Position numbers and translations under genes: made by a program
Assembly (NCBI RefSeq): GCF_041956535.1
Contig: NW_027192207.1
Location: 30,310 to 63,479 of the forward strand
DNA length: 33,170 nucleotides
Reading direction: 5' to 3'
DNA from: Calcarisporiella thermophila CBS 279.70
Lineage: Eukaryota; Fungi; Calcarisporiellomycota
The notes under the pieces: model-generated
Databases searched by the model: none
What the model was told of the DNA's origin: nothing
The model's input: the letters and a program-made list of their open reading frames with translations, nothing else
Part shown: in pieces, positions 1 through 10,798 of the stretch
Position numbering within the stretch: position 1 is the stretch's first letter
Layout: each line of letters starts with the position of its first letter

Positions 1-60
1 CCAATGGGTTATGTTGGAGGAATGGGGTAGGAGAGAGGGTTTGGGGATTAGGACACTTAC

Positions 61-321
61 CATGGCAAGGACTAATACAATGGAGAGGGCATTTGCCACC
101 TGTCTAAGAAGCACCTTATACCACTTCACCCCACCTTGACCCTTGAGCTCATTATACCCATACTTCTCAAGGCGACATTGGGCTTCTTCAGTTGATAGAC
201 CGTCTTCCAAGTTGACATTGAGATTCTCGACGATTCTGTTTATATCCCAAGTATGATAAGGAGTAGTAGGTTTCTTGTTGTTGTTAGAAACCGCGCTCGT
301 GTTGTGATGTTTCTTTTTCAT
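61..321 (-). CDS. ENA1: ENA-type (P2D) Na+/K+-exporting P-type ATPase, first exon only; the gene continues beyond the left edge
   Basis: ATG at 321 reads MKKKHHNTSAVSNNNKKPTTPYHTWDINRIVENLNVNLEDGLSTEEAQCRLEKYGYNELKGQGGVKWYKVLLRQVANALSIVLVLAM, followed by a GTAAGT donor at 60. This is a Cation_ATPase_N signature (YHT..., GLS.EEA..RL..YG.NEL), and the GGVKW.KVLLRQVANA segment is typical of fungal ENA pumps. It is not in the ORF track. Confidence 0.88.
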
Positions 322-1896
322 TATGCAGAATAAAATGAAAGGAGTAAAGAGAAAAAGGGAATAAAAAAGTGGAGATGGTTTTTTGAGAGTTTTGGAGCAG
401 GGAAACTGGTATTAATATAAGAAACCAAGACCTCGATTTACACCCATTTTTTGGTGTTTTCGGCATTTGCTGTCGGAGTCTATTTTTAACTCTTTCCTTC
501 CATTGAACTCCGCATCGAACCCGATTCGGTATATGGTAACGCGGATACCAGTGACCCAGGAAAAGTGTGCTCCGATTGAGAAAGATTATATCATCGCAAC
601 AAAACCTCATTCGTGCAAATTGACATTACAATAAAACACAGTATAAAGAACTGAAGTATCCCTTTCCCATGAAGCACTTTAAATTTTAAAATTCAGCGAG
701 TAATACTCCCTAGTCGGGCAGCCATATTCTCCCGAGCATGAGTAAGTCAACAGATTTTATCCTGGCTCTCTTTTGACTGCTCTGGATGACTTTGCACTTT
801 GCAAGCGCAAACAAATCGTTCAGCAATTTAAGCTGGTCCACCCACTCTTAATTCTAAGTAGTGTTCATGGTCCACTTTCACTTCTCTAAATCTATACAGT
901 CCATTGAATGCACCATTAAAATGGCAAAAAATTTTCCCACATTGAGTTGTAGAAGTCAGAAACTTTTCTATATAGAACAATTTGCTCGATCGTTCTCTTT
1001 TGACTCGAATCGAGTCTCTGTGTCGCCACATGCAAGGGCCGCGCTTCTTTGTGTTCTATATAGAAAATTTCCTGATTTGATACTCGTTACCTTGATGCCA
1101 CATAAACAGTCAAACATATTTAGGGTGAAAGGCACTGAGTTTTTGCCACTTTATACCAAAAAGCGATAAGTCTTATGACCTTCTATTGCATATAGAAACA
1201 AAGAAAATTGAGATTTTACAAGACGGTTAAACTATGACTTTAAATTCTAAATATCGGAAAAAAAAATCACGTTTTTTTCATCCATTATGTTCATGGCAAA
1301 ATCGACTTTCAAATCCGACATTTTATTTTCCCATGCGCTACCGTCGCGCCAAAAATTTGGGCCTAGACCTCAGCTCGTGCATTGAATCTTGCGTCAAATT
1401 ATGCACTGAATCCTCAAACGTGTCCTTAATTTTGGTTCACGACTAAGTGGTTGGTTGTCAGCCACCTTAGTAACCAGCCTTACACTTACACAAATTTTGC
1501 CAATTCATTAAAATCTTTGAAATAGTCATACAATTGAGCACAGCTTGAGCTCTTCTGCCCACGCGATTTATATGCATCGCTTTGCACGCTACTCACCTAT
1601 ATGACCCTGGAAGAGACGAGCTTATTGCACCCACGACCCTTCTGCTACCAACCTGAGTAGAAAGATTCGTTTTTGAAAATTTTTGAAAATCCAATATCTT
1701 TTGCACCTTTGCATGAGATTCTAATTTGGTAAAGTCTTTGCAAAAAAGAAACTTGCAAAATTTGAGTTTGGCGTACTTAGGCAAAGGTAAATTTTAAGCT
1801 CGTATTAAATAAAATGAAATATGGTACTGAAAATTTGAGTATATACATACAAATCTTGTGAATCGATCAGAGTCAACAACACCCCATCCAATCCTA

Positions 1897-3330
1897 TCAA
1901 GTATCTTCTTGGTCAACTAGTTTTCTAAGCTCCTTGATTCGGTTTACCAAGTCGGGGCGCTCTCGTGGAGGCGGCTCGAATGGCCACTCGTCAGAAATTG
2001 AAATAGCCGTAGCGTCGCTGCCCTCCTTCTCTCCAACCAACGAATCAACGGATTTCCCATCTTCCTCCTCGTACTTCTCCTCTTCTTGTTGCGGGTGATG
2101 CTCTCGTAGAAATGGTGATGACTGCTTTGGCTGCCACTGGCCAAAAGGATGGTGGGGAGGCTTTTTTGCATAGGTTGCAACAATATCTATATACACACGA
2201 TGCGTCTCCAACTCATGCGCTATGCGTGTTTCAAGCTGATCATAGTCTTCGGGATCAAGAACCATCACTTGAGTTAAAAATGGGCGCAAAGAGCGAACAA
2301 GCTGAATCCAATTGTCTTGGCCGAGTTTGCCTATCCGACCCGCATATTTGCCCATGGGAAACGGCACCGAGGTCACCTGCACGTCCTCAAGACCGATCTC
2401 ATTAAAATGATTCCCAATCTTATGTACCCAGCTAGGATCATTGCACCGAGCACGCATCGAGTTATACACTAAAAAAAAAAGCTCGGGGATGTGAGAATGA
2501 AAGTCGCAGAGAAAATAGAAGATGAATGGTCACTCACATCCGTCTGCAATTTTCCGAAAAGCAGGACCACCGCCTTGTATAGCATAGTCTGGGGATAGTT
2601 GCCAACATCAGCACTCAATTGCTCGTACTGGGTAGGAATATCCTCTTGCTTACCTGCTTCCACTATCTCTAAGTAACCTTCCGGCTTCAACACCCTAAGA
2701 ATTTCTTGGATAAGTCCCGGCCACTCAGTACTCACGAGGCCAAATTGAACGCAGCGAAGATAAATGAAATCAAACGTGTCATTTTCGAAGGGAAGACCCT
2801 TCAAAAAGTTTGCAAGTTGAAATTGGCAGTTCTTTGGGGTGATTTGGTGTGGGAATATTGAACTCATATCAATTCCAACAAAATGGCTATTTGGAAATGT
2901 AGTGGCCATTTCCAACGTCCAAGTGCCGGGGCCGCACCTAACCGTGACGAAAGAATGTAAAATAAGTCAGAGTTGAAAAACCAAGGCGTGAAAGTCTGAC
3001 ACTCACCCAACATCCAAGACTATGCACCCCCTCTCCAATCTCTGGCGAATGGGTGAGAGGAAGTCAGCGCCAGCGAATAAGGAGCTTTCATAGAGGAGCG
3101 TAGTAAGAGGCAGCGCGGTTAGTCAAGAAACATTTAGCATTCAAAGCAAGGAGAAGGATTCACCGGAAGGCATAGTGTCGCATAATCAAACGATCCGATT
3201 CGGCATCGTCGTTTGGTAACAGGTAACGAGCACCTAGAGGGAAGAGAGGATTGAGTCGAGAAGCAACTATGGGGATGGTTCGCGAACAGTACCTTGTTCA
3301 TCGCAAAATCGCCTTCCCAACACCCACTTA
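1897..3330 (-). other. LaeA-like SAM-dependent methyltransferase domain of the fusion gene
   Basis: It shows the F.W..GRRF N-terminal motif, YLLPNDD.E.DRL...HY, SAM-binding motif I VLDVGCGPGTW, FVGID, LPFENDTFDFI and RVLKPEGYLEIVE, followed by an acidic low-complexity tail. Confidence 0.92.
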
Positions 3331-4532
3331 AACTTGACGTTGTCCAGCTGCCAATCTGACGGGGTATTCGGTGAATGCTCACGGAGGTTTGCCTCTACCC
3401 CCAGTGAATAGGCTTGCAGTAATTGAGGCTGTTGCCTCGAACCCCTGCCCAATTCGCACCCACCAAGCGACTCCGGCCTACTTCCGCTAGCCATAGAGTG
3501 ATTTTCCTGGCACAACGACAGTGGAACCTCCTCCAAGGTCTTGGAAAACTCCTCGCCAGGCCGTTTCCAAAACCGAAAATCCGATGCTGTCTGGGTATCG
3601 CCACTCTCCAGCCGAGTCGTGTGAAGTCGGCGATGATGGCGTGATTTTGAAAACAGCGGCCACCACGGTACGTGCGCTAGAGCACGGTGAAGCGCGGGGT
3701 TCAACAAGAACACGATCAGGTTGAGCACTCCAATCAGCCCCACCAAGACGGCGTCCACCTTGACGAGCTCTCTTAGAATGGGTGAGCGTGACTCGCTGGT
3801 GACGGTGTAGAGCCAGTCCGCCACAAGGCCTGTGGGTTGAGTCACGATGAGAACAAGCGGGTACAATACGATACGCAACACGGAGTTAATCAAGGCGCGC
3901 TCCTTGATGCGCAATGCCTCGGTTACGTCCCGCGCGGTTTGCAAGCGTCGCGTTTCGCTTAGCACCCGCACTAGCACCAACACAACTACGAACATTGAGT
4001 AGAGGATAGCCGCCGCCACCCACACAGACACGCCAAGGGCCATGTTGAGAATCCCATCACGGCGACTCCATCCTGGGACAATCGTCTCCCATTCCTTCCG
4101 GTAGGAGACGTCGGGATACACCAGCCACTCGATATTGGCAAGAAAGGCGATCATGAAAGCCACCGGCACATAGCACCTCTGGATCTTTTCCAGCTTGGTG
4201 CGCCTGTGGATAAACGACAGCTGGAGATCCAACGCGATGCAAAACGAAAGCAATGCGGACCAGACCTTCAGGAACTGGCCGGAAAAGCCCAGCATTCGAA
4301 CAAACCAGTGCTGCTTTCCAGAGAACGGATCCATCACCTCGTCGGAATGAACAAGGATGTATTCAATACGCCACAGCATGTCGACTAGGCCGATCCAAAA
4401 GGAGATTCGGAAAGAGATGCTGTTGATGACCTCCGGCAGCAACCTCTGGAAATACCCCACCATACCCATCATTAGCAGGCCGCTGAATGCAGAGAGGCCG
4501 TTGATAGCGACGTCGATAGCTGGGATTAACAT
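1897..4532 (-). CDS. Predicted 764-aa fusion: N-terminal 7TM GPCR-like (cAMP-receptor/Git3-like) domain plus C-terminal LaeA-like class I SAM-dependent methyltransferase
   Basis: Exons are 4532-3293, 3233-3164, 3084-3007, 2937-2654, 2588-2538 and 2468-1897 (2295 nt, 765 codons with stop). All five introns are GT-AG (59, 79, 69, 65, 69 nt) and phase-consistent. The spliced product runs ...GVLNLIVFLLNPA...KFKWVLGRRFCDEQG|ARYLLPNDDAESDRLIMRHYAFR|SLFAGADFLSP...IVLDVG|CGPGTWTLEMA...LPFENDTFDFIY...RVLKPEGYLEIVEA|DYAIQGGGP... Confidence 0.8.
3690..4532 (-). other. Seven-transmembrane GPCR-like domain (cAMP receptor-like/Git3-like) of the fusion gene
   Basis: Seven hydrophobic segments, with motifs ISFRISFWIGLVD (TM2), FCIALDLQLSF (TM3), LRIVLYPLVLIVTQ (TM6) and GVLNLIVFLLNP (TM7). 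These resemble fungal/Dictyostelium CAR-like receptors. Confidence 0.78.
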
Positions 4533-6559
4533 GCCGCCTACGTAGGGCAACTAGCCAGTGCGAGAAGGCGCTGCAATAGTAATGAATGTGGAATGGAAAA
4601 CAGAAAAAAAAACAAAGGACAGTAGATTTGGGAGAATTAGAGGAGATGAAGGAACATTAAGGGAGAGTGTGCATCAATCGAGAAAAGCGAAGGTCTGCGG
4701 GAGACAGGAAGCTCAATCAACGGGGAGAAGGCGAGACAAAGAGAGGCGGAAGCGAAAAGAATGGCTAATGGAGGCTCATGCCTTGACGAATATTCCCTTC
4801 GCTCCTTGCCCCACCCCGACCGTCTTTTCTCTTCAGTACGCGAAAAATAAAACTCTAATCCCGGCGAAATGAACCATTGCATATCTCCCTTGGCGGAGGC
4901 CCAAACCCGCCAATCACCGGGCGGCTGTGCCACCTCCTAGAACCTTTTTTGCGCTAGGCTTTTGAAGTTGATGTGTTAGAGCTTAGTGAGGGCCGCAAAT
5001 GGGCACTTATCAGATGTCTGAAGTGCTAAGATAATGAATTCTAAATAGGCTTAATTGCAGAATGGTTGACTCAACGGCGGTTTAGCGCCTCGCCTTGCCG
5101 GCCCCCCTCGAGCCCCACCCAATTTCATAACTCCCCTGTTGCCACCCTGCGCGCTTCCGAATGACAGCACCGAGCACTCCGCCGGCTCGCCGCGCCATCG
5201 CCCCACCCTTCCACTGCATTGGAGTGGTCGTTCGACCGTGTGGCTTTGGCCTCGTTCCGAACACGCCCCGACGCTGATTCCGCATTTGATCTTTTCCAAG
5301 GATTGCACAAGTTTGATCAGCCATCTCTACCAAGCGCTGCTGTTGTCAGATGTATATGGCCATGTTGAGGGCAACGCCCCGCGTCCATTGGATACACGAT
5401 CCGGGCCAAAGGAACGCAAGAGATGAAGCAGCTGCTTTCTCCCATTCCGAAGCTGGAGCCCATCCTCTTTTAGAACAAGATCACGTAAGGTGACGTTGCA
5501 CGGCACTCTAACATAATCGAACTGAGAAGCATCAAGGCCATCCGTGGAGATTTGGTTACAGTTTAACCTTCATGCGCTTACGGGAAAGCACAGCGTAATA
5601 ACGAAACGCGATTAGACAGCGGCCTCTCTGTCCCTTCTTTACTGGTAGCAAAGGAGCTGATTAATCAGCTTGCGACGAAACCTAATATCGGCCATTCGAA
5701 TCGGAGAGGGAATGACTGTAATATATTGCCGGCATGCAGCTTAGCGTTCCACCTGTGATGAAGCCTGCGTAACCAGCTTGTGCACAGGAACACTGACAGA
5801 GCTACAGTAGGAGGGATAGGATCTCTTCATCAAACCAATACCAAAGAACGCTCCGGCAAAAAAGCGGGAAGCTTGCTTACCTTGATCTATCTGGACCGGG
5901 GCATTGGGTCGAACTGGGGTTATTCTTTTAGCAAGCACTCCCAAGAATCTTCTTTTCAACCATGCTTATACTTCAATTCCCCTCTCCTCCACCCATGTAA
6001 TGTATCGAAACACACAGTGAACCAAATCAAAGGAGTACGACCAATATTCTCGAACCCCATTTTACAGGGAAAGCATCGAGCTCGCGTTGCAACCTCAAAG
6101 AGCAAATAAACTTCCAAATCGAAAGTGCTCAGCTGGAGCACATGTTTTCTTTATTGAATTTTTCTACCAGGATACCGTAATTTAACTCTTAGTATCTCAT
6201 AGGACCGCTTCCTGATTTATTTTTATCTCTCAGGCATTGAACATGGTTGTTTTTGTACCTTGGAATGTATGTTGTTCTATTTCGACATTGGCGAGAGCCC
6301 AGGGCCAAGCAATAACGTTCCTGGGATAAGGCACTAAGCCTACTACGCTCTACCTGAGCACAATTTTAGGTTGAGGAGGGGAGAAGCTTGATCCTCGTGC
6401 ATAGCGATTTAGTTAGAGGATAGGAAGGTATATTGGTTATGGATGGAATTAAAGGTGAGGTTTCAAAAGGTTTTAAAAAAAAGAAAGTATTAACAAAAAA
6501 TAAAAACATGGAGTAGGAAATATAAATTACACTCAAAAGAAAAAACAAAAGAAACAAAT

Positions 6560-9500
6560 CTAATATCCAAATGCTTTTCGAATCTCCTCGGACTGCTTCT
6601 TTTGTCGCTGTTCACGCTCCTTGTCCTCTCTATCCTTCTTTGCTATTAGAGCGGGGGAAAAAAAAAAAGGAGAAATGAATTAGTCACCACCACTTGCAGA
6701 TCCAAATGTCAGAAATAAACGAAAGAGAAGCATTCACTTACTCTGCCAAGAGAGAAGGGCTTTCAGGGGGTCATAACTTTTCTTCTTTCGGTCCTTGCTG
6801 GACAAGGCCATTCGTATTGTGGGCGATTTTCTCGCTGTCTCCTCGTCCTCACTGCTATCCTCCTCGTCAGAGCTTGACGAAGGTTCGCTCAGGGTCTCGT
6901 CTTCATCCTCCATTTCTTCCTCTATGGTATCCGTCTTGCTCGTCTCCAATATCTCGCTGCTTAACCCCTTCTGTGGTTGCTGTTGTTGAATGCGAGAACA
7001 AGAAATGCTAGAGGCCGCCGGGACGGCGGGAATGACCCTAAAGCCTCCGCGGGCCATCATATCGGAGAGCGACACTCGTTTACTCTTGTAGTTGCTCAAA
7101 GGATTCATCACAAGAGGGAGATCCCGTGGAGTGGCCAACGTCGATTTAGGGGTGTCCAGCCTATTGAAGGAAAATCCATTGGGCATCTTTGGGGCCTTAT
7201 TAGCGGGCTGCTGAGACGCTCTAATATCCATTTCAATCTTAAGCAACTCCTCCACGTCGCTGCCCCCTTCATCGTCGGAATCCGATTCTGAGGAGGAGGA
7301 AACAGCCGAAGCATGCGCGTTGGGGAGTGTTGGGGATTTGGTGGCTGTGTCAGTTCGAGAAGACAAGTTGGAAACGGAGGAGCTATTACTCTCCTCATTT
7401 TTCGATTCCAGAAGCGAACGAGCTGGGGAGGAGGCGGAGATCGTTGATGTTGCAGCGGAAGCAGGGGATGACTTGGGCACGAGTTTGGAAGGAATCACCT
7501 CAGGAGGCATTAATGGATCCGGCTTGCGATCGTCAAGATCTTCATCTCCTTCAAATTCGGAGTCGGTCGCATCACTGGAAGAGTCGTCATCAAGCCTCAA
7601 GACCACTGGGCTATCTTCAGCCCGAGGTGCAGCAGCTGGAGGCCGGGCGTTAGCTTCCGATTCTGGATTAGAAGTCTGTGCAGCTGGTGGCGGTATATCG
7701 GTCGAGCTGGTGGGCGCAGAAACGGCCGCCACCGGAGTTGATTTTAATGCATCCACCTTCCCATCGCCCTCCTCCTCTGCATCCGAATCTGAATCAGTAA
7801 CGGTGCCCGATGAGGACGACTCATCTGTGTCGCTGCTCTCCGAGGAAGTAGAGGATGTGCTCCCCGTATCCGTGGCTTGCTTGGTCACCGGAGAAGCATC
7901 TACCAGAGGCAAGGATTTAGGCGGCCGAGCGGGCTGATCCACCTCGGATTCCGTATCTGAGGAAGTTTCTGATTCCGATAATGCAGAGTGCCCTGTGGCA
8001 AGGTAGGGAACGGCTGTGGGCAGTAGAGAAGCGATGGATGAGGCGGTATTATGGGAATTCGTTGTGGGCGCATTAGACTTGATATTTACAGCGGTATTTT
8101 CCCCCCATGCTCCCTCCATTTTCTCCTCTTCGTCACTTTCGGACTCTGTCTCTGTTTCCGTCCCTGATTCGTCAGAGCTCGAAGACGCGGTTTCTGTTGC
8201 CTCGCTCGAGCTCGACTTACTGGTATCGGGTATCGAACTCTTCTGGGTCATCACAGGAGATAAGGATGGGCTTTTGGTGTTGAAAGATAGAAGAGTTGGA
8301 CCGTTTTCTGTTTTCGTGGGGCTGGCTTGCTTAGGAGAAGAGAAGGCCACTCTTCTTCTCTTGGCCGAGTTTGCGTCCGAGTCGGTGGAGCTGCTTTCCT
8401 CTTCGGAGCTTTCTCGAAATACCTTTCGCTTCTTATTCTGTTGCTGCTGATTAGGGTTTGGAGAGGTAGGCGAAGTTAGGGACTGGGTGGATGTTTGGAG
8501 AGTGGGCTGCGTAGTAGAAACAGGTTGAGAAAGGGGTTGCAAAGAGGGTGTCTTCGCAGGAGCGGATGCGGATTCCGACGCTTGCTTGTGTTCTGCTCTG
8601 GACATGGTGGTTCCCTTTGGCGGAGGCTTGTTCAAACTGTGATTTTCGGCAGAAATACTTGAGGTAGAGGAGGCCATGAAGCTTAGAGTTGGAGCGGTAG
8701 TATCCTTCGGCCTAGGGGATTCGTTCGTCGAAATATCACCCGCAAGCATAGGTTTAGCCGGAGTGCCTGCAGGCGAACTGTTAGCCGGTGAAGCTTCCCC
8801 GGCGGATAGCCCCAATTCAGCTGTCTTTTTATTCAATTTCCTCCGTCTTCGGTTCTATCATAACACAAAACGGAGAAAAACGCTTGTCACCAAATTATTT
8901 ACGTGAAGAACAATTCAAAAAACAATTACTCGAGTCTTCAAATTAGCTTGATCACTCTGCCCCGACTGAGGTACACTGTCTTTTGATTCCTGTTGGTGGG
9001 ATGATTAGTACCGAAAAACTTGAGCATTTCCGAGGATTGCATAGGCATAAAGTCAAGCAGAGACTTGCCTTATTTCTGACTGGGGTTATAACCTCTGGAG
9101 CAGCCACCTTTGCTCGCTTATACTCGATAGGCTGGGTGGGAGTCTATTAGATCCATTAAGAGGCGATTAATAGCTACAACGCGTCAAATTAGAATCTAAC
9201 TATTACCTCTGCATCGGATTGAGTAAATGACAACTTTCGTTTTCGCGTTGAAGGTTTCTCTGGATGCCGTTGGAAAATGGCCAATTCAACCAAGGGTGAA
9301 TAATTGGGATGAAAACAAGACTAAAATCAACGTTTGAACTTAACGCACCTATATCTGGTGACCATTCCAAGAATGTGGCGCTTGCAAACACCATGCCCCG
9401 ATCGTCGATCAATCGCGAAACCACCCCATCTTCCAAAAAATCAAACCCGAGCTCGTCTGTGATTTTATCGACTGAGATAATTCTGCGCACAAGACAGCCA

Positions 9501-9744
9501 TCCATGGTCAATGGAGGGAAAACAATGATCAGGAGGCATCCACTTACGGTGATCCTGAGTTATTCTTTGCAAATGCAAGTCGAATGGTCGCCTTTAACTG
9601 CGAAATGCTTGTATTCCCATTGACGTCAAGGATAAATTTGGTCGAGTACCGCTCTAATGGTAAAGCGCTCGACTCAGGCAACTGTAGCTGAACGCGTATC
9701 CGTATTAGATCATCTGGTTTTTTGGGGCTCTTAGTTGTGCGCAT
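6560..9744 (-). CDS. Net1/Dnt1-like nucleolar protein (Cdc14-phosphatase-binding N-terminal domain plus a long Ser/Asp/Glu-rich disordered region); multi-exon
   Basis: ATG at 9744. The spliced N-terminus IRIRVQLQLP...KFILDVNGNTSISQLKATIRLAFAK...P|IISVDKITDELGFDFLEDGVVSRLIDD...V resembles the Cytokin_check_N domain. Short middle exons encode basic NLS-like patches (RKRK, NRRRRK). The large exon 8854-6742 matches the 700-aa ORF, and the last exon ends EEIRKAFGY* at 6560. A coilin-like identity is the alternative. Confidence 0.65.
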
Positions 9745-10798
9745 GTCGAACGAGTATGGCGGCTGAAGGGAGGGACGGAACACACTCGAGCTCGATAGAG
9801 CGAAGTAATATTAAGAGAAGCAAGAAAAAGCAGTCTTAAGTGTGTAAACAGCCTACAGGTTTCAGAATGTTCTGATTGGTAAGAAATTTCAAATAGGGTA
9901 TTGTAGAGAGGTCATCCATGACGCAGATCCTGTGAAAACTGGACACAGATGAGCGTCTGCACATACAATCCTATATTTCACCAGGGTCCTCCCTATGTCA
10001 TCCTGCAATGCAAGTGACGAAACATTCAACACAGCCGGCTCAGCTGCGTGGCTGATTTAGCCAGTCCAAATGCACTCCAATCTAAAGAGGATTTCAACCG
10101 CAGTTAGCACTTAGGATGAAGATAGAGGACAATGGCTCGCGAGCGCGGTGCGAGAATTCGGTTAAAAGGTTTCGCAGCAGATCGCCAGTGGCGCTCCCCT
10201 GTTACTTGGATCGTTACTCAATGCACATAGCTTCTACGCGCCGATGAGGCGTAATATTCTGTCACAGCAAGCACGTGGCCCACGATGACCGCAGCGATGG
10301 CCGTTGTGCCCTGCAATCCCTTTGAGACCAGGCCGGCTTACCAGAGCCGAATTTTTTAGGGTAATAACTCCGGCCTCTCCTTTAGCTCATGCAACTCCAC
10401 AGGGCCGCTTTAGAATTGCATGATGCCGCCCCCCTTCCAATCACGGCCGTGGGCCTCACTCGCGGCCACACGGCTCAGTGGAAGCGGGGGCAGCCCCGGG
10501 GCACTAGCTCTGAAGCTTGTGCACCGCGCAAACCTAACCCAAACAGGCCCCCATGCATCCGCGTGAAAAAGCCAGCATTTGCGATCCACCCTAACCTGCC
10601 CAGCACTGTGCGCAGCTGTGTGACGTATGATGGAAACTTCTCTGTAGATTCTCACCATAATATAGATTGCCTAATAGCCAAATTGGACACCTCCTTCTCT
10701 TGACACGCAGGAGCTTCTGCTGCGACCATGCTTTCCTAGCCCTCTCATGCTCTGCCTGAAATGCCCCTCCTTCTAGCCAGTCGATGAAATAGAACCCT

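Noticed and set aside
284-610. 108-aa minus-strand ORF upstream of the ENA exon
   Set aside because: It is in a different frame from the ENA exon, crosses a pyrimidine-rich leader and has no recognisable motifs.
4558-6141. Cluster of 60-110 aa ORFs and a 16-bp palindrome (AGCTGATTAATCAGCT, 5655-5670) upstream of the fusion gene
   Set aside because: There are no domain motifs or coherent splice structure. A single 16-bp palindrome is not far beyond chance in 33 kb.
7320-8450. 205-aa and 144-aa plus-strand ORFs
   Set aside because: Antisense shadows of the low-complexity Ser/Asp/Glu-rich exon.
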